Part shown: positions 51,500 through 62,985 of the stretch, one piece after another
Layout of the letters: each line of letters opens with the position of its first letter
Position numbering within the stretch: position 1 is the first letter of the stretch
Source: Glaucostegus cemiculus
Lineage: Eukaryota
Reading direction: 5' to 3'
DNA length: 64,000 nucleotides
Assembly (NCBI GenBank): GCA_976551045.1
Contig: CDPCPM010000011.1
Span: 11,842,001-11,906,000, forward strand
The notes under the pieces: generated by a model
Seen by the model: the letters and a program-made list of their open reading frames with translations, nothing else
Databases searched by the model: none
Told to the model about the DNA's origin: nothing
Made by a program: the position numbers and the translations under genes

Positions 51500-52402
51500 C
51501 TATGCATGGAAGCATCTTTCACTACAAGTCAATCAGCCAGTGACCTGTACCAGGGCCCCAAGAAGAAATGGTTGGTTGTGTCAGATAATTCACTGAATGG
51601 ACCTCCAAGGTTATTTGGCAGAATGCCTCATCAGTAGGATTTGCAAACAAGCACCAAGACATTGCTTGGCTGCTGCTGTGACAAGCCCCTCCTGTCAGAT
51701 CTTTCATGCACAGCCAGATTCTCTGTGACATTGCACACTCCCCTCGAGGAGGCAGCAATAGGATGAGGTGGTCACCCATCCTGCTGGAATATGCCTTTGC
51801 CTAAAAGGCCTGAAAAAGAATGAAGTTGCGTTTTTTGAGTTTCATCCTGGACAACTGCGTAACACAGTCATTTGTGTTCTATGGCTGTTCCTAGAGACCA
51901 ACACTGGGACAAGTACCAGCTACTGCTGGAAGATTACAAACTCACTGCCACAGAGAAAGCTTGAAGCAAACAGTATAGAGAAATTGGTCTGTACAAAACA
52001 TGCTGGTCTTCCAGTGTAAGGAGCTTCCACAACTCATTGTTGCAGACTGATGCAACCTCAGATCCAGAATGACATACTGAAGGACACATGTAAGCTTGGT
52101 GCAGTCTCTGCCAAGGCTCTTTGGGGACAGGGCATAGTTTAGCACCCTCATCCCATTGTACACTGAGAGACTACATCTTGTGGAAAAGGATCCTTGAATG
52201 TTTGCCACTGACTATATGGAACGTACATAAACAAAAACTTACATCATGCTGATAAAGTTAATCCACAAAGTCAGTGGAATGAGGCACCCTAATGTGCCAA
52301 GTACTCTACAGAATGAATATAATGTGTTTTGTTCTGTAAACAGCAACATAGCCATGTCCTGTATTATATATCTGAAAGTTTTAGGACCATAATAAATATT
52401 TG
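51500..52402 (+). mobile_element. Tx1/L1-clade LINE 3' end, decayed
   Basis: AAGCACCAAGACATTGCTTGG (KHQDIAW), CCCTCGAGGAGGC..CTGCTGGAATATGCCTTTGC (CCHC zinc-finger region), TGCTGGAAGATTACAAACTC and AAGCTTGGTGCAGTCTCTGCCAAGGCTCTTTGGGGA (KLGA..AKALWG), then AATAAA at 52391. Confidence 0.65.
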
Positions 52403-53614
52403 AAGAAGAAGAATGTTAATAATGACAAAGAGTGAACAACAGAAGGTGACACAGTGGGATTCCATAGTGTGGGACAACAGGAGAGTGGCGTGGGATGCAG
52501 CAGGGTGGCAGAGGACAGATTAGAGCCACACAACAGGTAGCTAATCTTGGGAGTAAGTGATGATTTGAGAAGCACATAACCCAATTTGCTGCAGTGCACA
52601 CAGCAGGCACTTACACCACAGATTACTGGCTTTTATTATTTACATTATGACTTTTTCTGCTTCCACTTCATTGTAATTTTGTTTGACCCAGTGACAGCAC
52701 ACCCGCTCTGAATCAGTTGTGGCAAAGGAAACTGTCAAGAGACAGCTCAGAGTTGCAAGTTGCCTCAGTGTTTACACATTTGTGCTGTACCAGATATATT
52801 AAATTTAGGCCCTTGTTCTAACTTTCCTCATTTAGCATGTGAAGCATAACATGGAATCCATTTCATACCAACCAGCTGAACATTAGAGACAGTTGCCACA
52901 AACCTATTTTCCATGATGACTAAATACACCTTTCACGGTGTTACTAGGTAATACTGATACAATTGCATATGCATCCATCCATTTTATGAATAATAACCTA
53001 CACTATCTCATAATTGCATTAATATTCTATTACTAAACATACATCAGTGAGCTAAGAATGTCACGTTATAACTTTTGGGATCTGTTTAAGCATTTTTTGT
53101 TCATACTTGCAAATACTTCCAATGAAACTTGACAAGGTGATGGAATATTTTCATTGTTAAGTTACCAGATAATCTTGCTTGAAGGAGGTTTCTCTTCTGA
53201 TGTGAGATGGAGAAACCTGTGATAGATGCTGTCTGATGTTGACATAATTTCAGCCTAAGAATGTGGCCTTTGCAGATTGCAATTAGTTGTGTTCAGTCAA
53301 CTGAACCCAGGATCCATCTAGTTCGTCATCTGACAGTGAGAAAAGCTTTGCCTTTCCGTGGTTTGATTTAAACACACTTCAATCCTCAGTATAATGTTAA
53401 CTCTGAATACATTTTCTATCTTATCCCAATTTACTTTTCCTAACTTTATTATGAGATGGTGCGTCCATAGGCACTATATTTTCTTTACAAGTCCTGTGTT
53501 TTCCTGACCTTAAGGTGAGATTGTTATAGTTAAGCCTAACCCACAAAGTGTTTTCTATAGAAATGCTCTACATGTGTAAGAGGACTGGTAATACTTTCAG
53601 AGAGGCCAGTCCTA

Positions 53615-53965
53615 GAATAACAGGGAGTTGCAGCACAGAAACAGGCCCTTCAGCCCATCGAGTACACGATGACCATCAAGCACACGATGACCATCAAGCA
53701 CCCATTCATTCTAATCCTGTATTAATCCCATTCTCTCATCTCCCCACATTCTCATTAATTACTTCCGGATTCTATCACTCAGCTACACACAAGGGGCAAT
53801 TTACAGTGGCTAACTAACCTACCAACCAAAGTGTATTAGGGATGCAAGAAGAAACCCTGAGCATCCAGGGGAAACCCATGCAGGCATAAGGAGAACATAC
53901 AAACTCCATACACACAGCATTTGAGGTTAGGACTGAGCCTAAGTCTCTGGTACTGTGAGGGAGCA
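53615..53965 (-). mobile_element. V-SINE with CR1 tail; internal 18-bp tandem duplication at 53664-53699
   Basis: CAGCACAGAAACAGGCCCTTCAGCCC, GGGGCAATTTACA, GAAACCCATGCAGG..GAGAACATACAAACTCC; (ACACGATGACCATCAAGC)x2. Confidence 0.85.
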
Positions 53966-54021
53966 TTTCTAATTAATCCAACTTGCCCTGTCAGTGAAAC
54001 AATGGTCTATATTTTGGTTTT

Positions 54022-54260
54022 GATCTGAATTTTGTGTTGGATGATGGATGGTGTGGCTTTTGTGAGGTCAGGAAACCTAGCAGAATAGGTTTACTTAATG
54101 TTCTACAGAGTTTAACCTCAAGACTGGATTGTGGTTTTACCCACACACTGACAAACCTTCTTCAGAAAGCCAACACCTGTAAGAGAACATAGCTACAGTG
54201 GAAGAAAGAAAGACTTTTTGGGGTGGTCTTGATTGTAGGGGGTGAGGAGCAGGTGGTGGC
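54022..54260. repeat. Diverged direct repeat, copy 1 (copy 2 at 55155-55392)
   Basis: Indel-free alignment at offset 1133 over ~170 nt; about 22 substitutions in a 147-nt core by manual count. Confidence 0.9.
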
Positions 54261-55154
54261 TTCGACTGTACCACCCACATTTCAAGTAAAATGCATTCTC
54301 ATTCATGAGGATGAAGAACTAGATCTGGCCAAACCACATAACATCTGGGCAGCTGTCTTAGACTGACTGAAATAGCTGTATTCTCACCTCTGGTTGTGAA
54401 TTCCAGTTCAGTGCCAGAGAGTGTGAGCAAGGCAGGCATTTCATTAGCAGATATTCTCATTCTTTGAGTGAGACATTGATCAAATGTTGCCCCTGCTTGT
54501 TTTGTTGCTTGAGGTAAATGAACACATTTTTTCTGCCATACTGACCATTATTCCTCTCGAAACACCACCACTAAAAACACAGAAATTGTTGCTCTTTATG
54601 GAATCTTGCCATTCATCCTTTATATGTGTTATAATCCATCTGACACCCCACAAGTTCATTATTGTTGTCCTCAGAAGAGTAATCTGTCCCTATGACTCTG
54701 TGAACAATTTCAGGACTCCTGCTTTCTCTTTGAAATCCTTCAAACCACCACACAATTTTGTTGAATCTTCAACAATTACATAACCAACTTCCATCAAGAA
54801 CTACACAGCCAGACTCCCTCACCCACATCTGAATTATAAGGTGGAGCAGGAGGGACCTAGTTAACTTTGAAAGGGGACTGGTGGTATGGTTGGAAGTAAG
54901 AGCAGAGACCAATGTCTGTTATATTTCACTGAACAGTGCATCAGTTTCCTCCTTTCAAATGCCTTTATTCCCATCTTTTCCACTTGTTGTTTTCTGAGAC
55001 ATTATTTTGTCCAAACAACTATATACTGTCATCTTACTGCTACTGCATAATTTTGAAGCATATCTGTGTATTATGCATGCATTGCTAAGTAATCAGCTGT
55101 GTTAAGATTAATTAAATTAAAGAGTAAACCCAGAGTCTCCTGGATATTAGCTGT

Positions 55155-55392
55155 GATCTGAGTTATGTGTGTGAGGATGGATGGTGTGGCTGTTGAGAAG
55201 TCAGGAAACCAAGCAGAATACGTTTACCAAATGCTCTACAGAGCTTACCATCAAAACTGGGTTGTGGCTTTATGCACACACTGACAAGTCTTCCTCAGAA
55301 GGCCAACGCCTGCAAGAGAACATAGCTGCAATGGAAGAAGAAACGTTATTTTTGGGTGGTCTTGATTGCAGGGGAAGAGGATGAGGTGGTGA
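55155..55392. repeat. Diverged direct repeat, copy 2
   Basis: GATGGATGGTGTGGC..GTCAGGAAACC..CACACACTGACAA..AAGAGAACATAGCT..GGGTGGTCTTGATTG shared with copy 1. Confidence 0.9.
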
Positions 55393-56394
55393 GTGTAACA
55401 GTCCAGTAGTAGGGGTGATTCTGATGGGAGAATGGACGTGGTTGGTGTGGAGTAGATTGTGATGTAGTGAGGAGCTGTTGGCCATCCTTGCATTTCAAAC
55501 AAATCTGGGACGGGATTGGAATTTATTGATGAGTCTGATTCACAAGCAGTGTTGTAATGAACTCATTTCACCTTCTCACATCCTTTCACGTGCTGAGTTA
55601 CCAAAGCTTCGGAAACTGGATGACCCGTGGTTGAAGGTAGAATGACGATTAAAATCAAGGAAGGCAGATTCATTACAGTAGGTAAATGACCAAACCAGCC
55701 TGCAAGGTGGCCAGCCTTCATTCCACATCAGTCAAAACAAAAATTGTGGGAGTGTGGGAAATAAGTAGGTTTTGTCCCTATTCCAGACGTTCTGCATCTT
55801 TGTCTCCAACATGTTCCTATCACACCCATTTTTAGGGAGTTAAAATTCAGTGCAAAATTGCTCAAGCTCATAATGTAATCTTCTCTCAATTACCTGCCTC
55901 CAATTAAATCAAGTTTCAAAGGAAAGACTTCTATCCTCTCAGGAGTTTACCAATAAAAATTGGGGAAAGCTATCATGCAGTTATTTCCCTTTTGTCATCC
56001 AAGAACAGATTAAGTGTCTCATGGACAGGAAACAGTTACATCATCTTTGTGTGTGGGAAGTTAATTAAGAAATGGATAGTTTACTGCATGAGCAAACAGC
56101 TGCCATTTTGTTTCTGTTTAACACACCCAAAAAATGTGGTTCAAGCTATTTCCTGCAGATCAATTCTCTGAGGCTACAAATGTAATTAACATTTTATTGC
56201 ACAAAAAAAAAGCCATCACAGAACTAATTTGGCATTTTGTTGGTATTGTAAAAGGAAACAAATTTGCTACATTCTGGACTCATGTAAGAGTAAACACAAT
56301 CGTTCTATCTGCTGCTTTGATATTGGAATAATTTGTATGTCCATAAAGGTTATGGATACAAGCAAGATGCTCGTACAATTAGATGATTCCAGTG

Positions 56395-56660
56395 ACCCGA
56401 GTTCGGGTGCCGTCTGTGTGGAGATTCAATGTTCTCCCTGCAACCAACTTCACCCCAAATGCTCTGGTTGCCTTCCACTTACTAAAGCTTTGCTGGTGGG
56501 TGAATTGGCTATTGTAAATTACCACAAGTAAGTTGCATAAAAATTCAAGATGGAGTTAATAAATATGTGAGAGAGAATAGGTTACAGGGAAATAATGAGG
56601 CAAATCCAACTACTGAGAGCTGGCACAGGCAAAATGTACATCTGTGCCATAGTAAGTACA
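56395..56660 (+). mobile_element. V-SINE, diverged
   Basis: GTCTGTGTGGAGATTCAATGTTCTCCCTG..AATTGGCTATTGTAAATT. Confidence 0.65.
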
Positions 56661-56809
56661 TTTATGTGGAGCTGAGGAATATTTGAAGTGATAAGACATC
56701 TGCTGATATTTGTATCCACATTTATAAAATCTATTCATCAACTTATGAATACATAACAGGTTACTTCATTTATAGTCTTTCACAACATTTTAGCATCACC
56801 CAGCAAAAA

Positions 56810-57125
56810 ACACTTTTATTGCCAACATCTAATTGCCTTTGGCACTAAATTATACTGTGCCATTTAGGGACAATAAGGGTCAATGCCAGGAACTATCATA
56901 ATCCACCCTGGGTGATGACAGCACATTTCTTTCCTTAAGTGACACTAGATCTTTGCAAAACCCCATCACAGGTCTATGCAGACTGTTTGGTTTATGGTCA
57001 GTATTACTGAAACATTTTTATTTATTCTGGTTTATTTAATTAAGTTAATTTAAATTCCCCAGCATGCTTGGTGGCATTTAAGCTCATGTCTTTAGATCAT
57101 TCATCCAAACTCCTGGATTATCTGC
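56810..57125 (-). mobile_element. Old tRNA-SINE, reverse copy of the 21990-22362 family
   Basis: TTTATTGCCAACATCTAATTGCC..TTTAAATTCCCCAGC..GGCATTTAAGCTCATGTC..CTCCTGGATTA. Confidence 0.5.
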
Positions 57126-58129
57126 ACAGCAATGGAAGTATTACCCCTTCTGTCTGAAGATATGTAATCTCTATCAGAAAACACATTTGGCACTAACTTT
57201 TGCAAAGGTATAATCTCCCAAAGATTTTTTTGTGATGGTGCTCAAGCAGCTTCACCAGATTGTTTCTAAACACACTGCCCATTGTGTTGCTGAGCTATGG
57301 AGTAAAGAAATAAAAGTTCCAGGTCAACATTTGGTCAGAGTATCAAAGTGTCATGTTGGCAAAAGCAATGCATTTTGTGCAAAGTGAAAGGTAGGAAAAC
57401 AAATCAACTGGTGTTCTCACTCCAAAGTGCCACCTAGTAACCTGCTGGAAAATATACCACATGGTCACCTAGTGGACAGAATCCAGATTCATTGTGATTT
57501 GGGATCTAGCTGACGCTCAGTGTAAGACAATAAGAAGTCTTGCATACTTTCCACCCATCCTGCAGCCCATACCCTTGACCCAGTGTGACTCATCACACTC
57601 AGGAAAGCAACTGGTCATCCACTCTGTTGATAAAACTCTGGTTAATTAATGCTCAGTGGTTTATATGAATGGAAACAATAACCATTAGTTCAGGGTAAAT
57701 GTTGTAAGAAACCTTTAGTTTTTCTTGTTACTTTATGGACCATGACTTTTATGGTGACTAAATCTTGTGTTCATATTGAAATTGAGAAGAAAGTTGCTTC
57801 AGGGGAAACAGTTTGTCTAAACACTTACTTCTGACAGTTTAGATTGAAGAGATAATCTTAACAATTGTAATTATTCCTACAAAAGTGCAAGGCTGCTGTG
57901 TGTAGGGACACCATGTCAGAATTTTGCTATGTCAATTGCCATAAATTTCAGTCTTATTTCAAGGAAAAACAATACATCACAATTGAGCAAGATGAAACCT
58001 ATACAATAGATCAGCCATTTAAACAACAATTGCTCATACTTTAGCAGTGTACACTACAGCTCTTCTTCTAGATTTAGATGGGATGGAAAAACCTAAAAAC
58101 AAATCATGTTACAGTTGCAAATTATGTCC

Positions 58130-58256
58130 CATTGCAGGGTTTTGACCCAAAATGTTGACAATTCCTCCCCCCCTCAGATGGTGCCCAACGCACTGAGTTC
58201 CTCCAGCAGATTATTTGTTGCTCCAGATTCCACTATCTGCAGTCTCGTGTCTCCAG
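58130..58256 (+). repeat. Penelope-like terminal fragment
   Basis: GCAGGGTTTTGACCCAAAATGTTGACAATTCC..CTGAGTTCCTCCAGCAGA..ATCTGCAGTCTCGTGTCTCC. Confidence 0.65.
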
Positions 58257-59876
58257 CTGCAAATTGTGCACATGTGGATCTAGAAAATGAACAACATAAC
58301 TAATGATTGAACCACATTTGTAGTTAAATGAAATTTTTAGACAGTCAGAAGGCCTTACCTAAGTGTTTATCCATATATATCTTGCTTCCAGTTGATACAC
58401 TTGGTTTGCCTATTAAAGACTAGGATCTAAAAATCCAGTAGGTTAATCACTAAGCACAATCAGTGCTGCCAAGCATGCATAGAACAAAGTAGAAGTTTGA
58501 AATGTACATGTACATCTGCATGATTCTTCTGTACATTGATAGTCATCACTGCAGTCCCAATATATAAAGCATGTTTACCATTCATACTGCAACACTGCTT
58601 ATATGGCTTGGAAAAGTGCAGGCCTAAACCAGGAAAGCTGGCCTTATTGGTAGGTCAAAGGTCTGCTGGAATGTTCTTAAAAAGGCAGTAAGCTGTTGTT
58701 GGGGGGACTGTCACAGAGGACAACAATGGATTCTTTTCTAATATTTACAGCTTTTACACAGAAGGCCATTTGGAGTGGGGGAGTAATTGTTCTGATCTTT
58801 AACTGTAGTCTGCCTCTATCCAATCATGCATTGGGAAATCTGGGTGGTCTTACCAATGTCTGTCTCTCACTCTCATTGTTAGTTCAGCCCATTTAGCTTC
58901 AATACTTTAACTACCAGCAGAGAAGTGATGTTGTAAAAGCTCCCAACGTGCAAAGGGTTTGAGTCTTTTGCAACTCTGAAATTTCCCACTTATTAAACAT
59001 GACTGTGTAAGTACTGGGGAAATCACACCACATGGTGCTTTTCATGTGCTCACTAACAGAAATGCTCCTTTGGAAGGAATTGCCTGGGGCCTCCTATGGA
59101 TTACCATTTTCATGTGCTTTTCAGTGCTGATCACAGGCTCCAGACTTGGATCATTCATTAAGGCAAAAGAACATCTCATATTAATATAACCAAGAAATGG
59201 TAAGAACCACAACTCTTTCTATTGGCAGAAACAAAATTTGGCAAGTTAAACATTCTCCTGCTTCCACCATCGCAAGTTCCTTCACTGCAAACTGTATCAA
59301 GGTTCTCAAACATATAGAACCACAGCAACTTCTGATTAGAATAGAAATGCTGCAAGTACTCAGCACCGCTGTCAAAATAGCAACCAAAGCATTAACAGGT
59401 TATTTTCCCTTTGCACATTTCATCATGTGTTTCTCTGCAAAATTCCACCAAGGTCACAGTTCCAATCAAGAGAATTCAGAATTTCAAGCCATATTATTGC
59501 TCATCATGGGTAACCTTGACTACTTTCCAAGACTAACTTACTAACATTGAACCAGTCTTCAATCTTTATGTTACCCATTGTTTCATCCTATAATTTTACT
59601 AATAATGAATTCTGCACCCCAATTGTTCCAGATTTTTTCCAAATCCATTTGCCTGCTGTGTTGGATCCAGCCATTTCCATTTTTTTGTACATTTAATTTC
59701 TCCTTCCTGCCTTGATTCATTTTATCCCAGATGTTCTCTGCCCTCTTGAATCCCAATGCCAAGCTTTCAATACACCTGTGCTGTCCCACTCTCCTATCAT
59801 TGTCCCAGACTTGATGCCTTCTTTGATAAGCTAACCGCTTTCCTGTTCTATATTGACTTCCTTCAAAGTAACCAAA

Positions 59877-60284
59877 TGTCACAATGTTGATTGAAGAGCA
59901 AGCTCACAGAGAACCCAAAAGAAGCACACTGGTACAAGTCTGGAGTCAGGATACTTCCTCAGGACCAAACACAGGCAGCAACTAGAAGGAATCTTGCCTC
60001 AGAGATCCAAGTAGTAATCCCAACACAAACTGAATCTTCAAGCAGGAAGAGAGAACGCAGGACTGCTCTAGAGTAGACCACTCTAAGCAGCAAGGAGCCA
60101 AAGTATACCCAAAGGTTGACCAATCCTCTGACAACTAGTGCTAGAGAAACCCAGGTACTTATGCTAGGCCCCTGATGGGGCTCAGGTGTGTGTCATTATG
60201 ACATCAGTCCAGCATGGAATCCATGTGCTGTACAACGAGGCATCTAAAGAACCAAATCAAGGGCCAGTACTCAGAATCATGACA
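59877..60284 (-). repeat. 3' LTR
   Basis: Direct repeat of 60763-61170 with ~22 substitutions and no indels; preceded on the minus strand by the PPT GATGGGGTGGTAC. Confidence 0.95.
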
Positions 60285-60762
60285 GTACCACCCCATCAAA
60301 GGGAGCCTCTCAGCAACCCACCAGGCTTGTCTAGATGGTTCTGATGGAAGTCCCAAAGTAGGGAGGGACCCAGGAACATTCCTCCAGACTGTATCCCTCC
60401 AAATCAACCACATACTACAGGCCTCTACCCTGGCAGCACACATCCAATAAACACCAGACAGTGTACACTGGGTAGTCATCAACAATTGAGGGGGCAGAGG
60501 GATCTTGGCTGGAGGGCACAATGGACTGTTAGCCACTTGCTTCACCTGGTGGCCCAGACTGGTCAGACAGGATTCCAGGAGTGACAGAGGCAAGGAGAGC
60601 AGAGACTCAGCTGACCTGTTCACTGAGCTGCCCAATAGTCACAGTAAGGGTACAGAGGTCTGCCACAACCCCCCCAGAGCTCCTGGTCATACCATCCCCT
60701 GGCTGGCAAGGGCTTCATACAGGGAATTCCTGTCTGCTGGGTTCATGGTGGCCAGAGTATTC

Positions 60763-61170
60763 TGTCACAATGTTGATTGAAGAGCAAGCTCACAGAGAAC
60801 CCAAATGCAGCACACTGGTACAAGACTGGAGTCAGGATACTTCCTCAGGATCAAACACAGGCAGCAACTGGAAGGAATCTTGCCTTGGAGATCTGAGTAG
60901 TAATCCCAACACAAACTGAATCTTCAAGCAGGACTAGAGAACATAGGACTGCTCTAGAGTAGACCACTCTAAGCAGCAAGGAGCCAAAATATACACAAAG
61001 GTTGACCAATACTCTGGCAACTAGTGCTAGAGAAACCCAGGTACTTATGCTAGGCCCTTGATGGGGCTCAGGTGTGTGTCATTATGCAATCAGTCCAGCA
61101 TGGAATCCATGTGCTGTACAATGAGGCATCTAAGGAACCAAATCAAGGGCCAGTACTCAGAATCATGACA
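60763..61170 (-). repeat. 5' LTR
   Basis: Followed on the minus strand by GAATACTCTGGCCACC and the gag ATG. Confidence 0.95.
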
Positions 61171-61184
61171 CCAAAGGCCCTTGT

Positions 61185-61683
61185 ATAGCCTCCCCTCCTT
61201 GGACTTTACCTCTTTGTGTCTTGATGTAGCAGCCAGCATAATCAAAAACACCCACCCACCCGGGACATTCTTTCTTCTCTCCTCTTCCATTGAGTAGAAG
61301 ATGTAGGTGTCTGAGGGCACCTCAGACACCTACAGACTTAAGGAGAGCTTAAGGAGCTCTCCACCAGACTTAAGGACAGCTTCTACCCCACTGTGATAAG
61401 ACTATTGAACGGTTCCTTTATACAGTGAGATGGACTGTGACCTCACGATCTACCTTGTTGTGACCTTGCACCTTATTGCACTGCACTTTCTCTATAGTGT
61501 GACACTTTACTCGGTACTGTTATTGTTTTTACCTGTACTACATCAATGCACTTTGTACTAACTCAATGTAATTGCACTGTGTAATGAATTGACCTGTACG
61601 ATCAGTTTGTAAGACAAGCTTTTCACTGTACCTCAGTACAAATGACAATAATAAACCAATACCAGACCAATACCAATACCAAT
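61185..61683 (+). mobile_element. Rex1/Babar LINE 3' end with (CCAATA)n tail
   Basis: GCAGCCAGCATAATCAA..CACCAGACTTAAGGACAGCTTCTACCCCACTGTGATAAGACTATTGAAC (TRLKDSFYPTVIRLLN); ends AATAAACCAATACCAGACCAATACCAATACCAAT. Confidence 0.88.
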
Positions 61684-62377
61684 ATAGCCTCCCTGGGAGC
61701 AGCAACATAAAATTGACCTTTTGCTTATTTTTTGACAATGTATACCTGCCAGGGAATAATCTTGTCAATTACTATCCCATCCAACTCATCCACCCCAGTG
61801 CTAATCCTATGGACTCTGATAGTACCCTTCCCCATGTATCCCCAGGATGCTATTCATTTAGATAATGCTCTTGTTGATCTCATTGTGGATAATGACTTCA
61901 AGATCACGGCATTTTCTAAAATCTGAATAGTGAGTGATGAAGACCTTCTCCATAAATGCAAGCTCCCCACCCCCACCCTCATCCTCACCCTCACCCCCTG
62001 CCAGATCTATCTTCCGCTAATTGCACTACACAATCTGTTGCAGCAGTACCAATTCACACCTCACCCTTCATATCTCCTTCTCTGCCACTGCTTCCTTTTC
62101 TCCCCTAATCTCTCCTTCCATATCAATTCTCCCATATGTAAATGTGGCAATTGATTTATACTTGCCCAAATGTGACCCTACAACTCTCATTATTTCAGTA
62201 ACTTGTTAGGCAATCTCTGACCACTTCCCAACATCAGCCTCCGTCCACATCCTTTGTCCCCATCCTGAGGACACGGTTTCTCTGCCAACCTCTAATGAAG
62301 TTATTGTGAGTATCAGAGAATCAGTACAGACTTCCAGTGCATATTGTTGCTCATCATCGGTTACCCTTGAACTTAGA

Positions 62378-62985
62378 TCACAGAACAGAACAGAACAGTA
62401 CAGGAACAGGCCCTTCGGCCCACCATGTCAGTGCTGACCATGATACCGAGTTAAACTAAACCTACCTGCCTGCATATGATCCATATCCCTCCGTTCCCTG
62501 CACGTTCATGTGCCTGTCTAAATGTATCATAAACATCCATATCTTGTCTGCTTACATCCCTCCTCCACCCCCTCTGGCAGTGCGTTCCAGGTACCTAACA
62601 CCCTGTGTGTAAAGAATTTGGCCGGCACATCCATTTTAAATTTTCTCCCTCTCACATTAAAGCAAAGTCCTTTAATATTTGACATTTCTGCTGTAGGAAA
62701 TAGACTCTGACTATTTATCATACCTATGCCTCTCATAATTTTATAAACTTCTATCAGGTCTTCCCTGAGCCTCTGATACTCAAAGAAAACAATCCAAGTT
62801 TGTCTAACCTCTCCTTATAGCTAATACCCTCTAATCCAAGCAGCATCCTGGTGAACCTCTTTTGCATCTTCTCCAAAGCCTCCAGATCCTTCCTGTAATG
62901 GGGCAACCAGAAGTGCACACAATACTCCAAATGTAGCCTAACCAAAGTTTTATATAGCTGCAGCATGACTTCCTGATTCTTACAC
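62378..62985 (-). mobile_element. CR1 (HER1-like) LINE 3' end with (GTTCT)n tail
   Basis: ORF 62754-62966 LYKTLVRLHLEYCVHFWLPHYRKD..KMQKRFTRML..SYKERLDKLGLFSL and ORF 62527-62736 FFTHRVLGTWNALPEGVEE. Confidence 0.93.

Larger units (their letters stand above)
59877..61170 (-). mobile_element. Internally deleted chromovirus (Sushi/Tf1-type Gypsy) LTR element, non-autonomous
   Basis: Two 408-bp LTRs with TGTCA..TGACA ends; TSD CCAAA at 59872-59876 and 61171-61175. The 478-bp interior holds a gag start (MNPADRNSLYEALASQG), an integrase end/chromodomain remnant and a PPT. Confidence 0.93.

Noticed and set aside
60204-60919. Overlapping ORFs of 91-143 aa inside the LTR element as cargo genes
   Set aside because: Alternative frames over gag, chromodomain and LTR remnants; the true frames are broken by stops and frameshifts.
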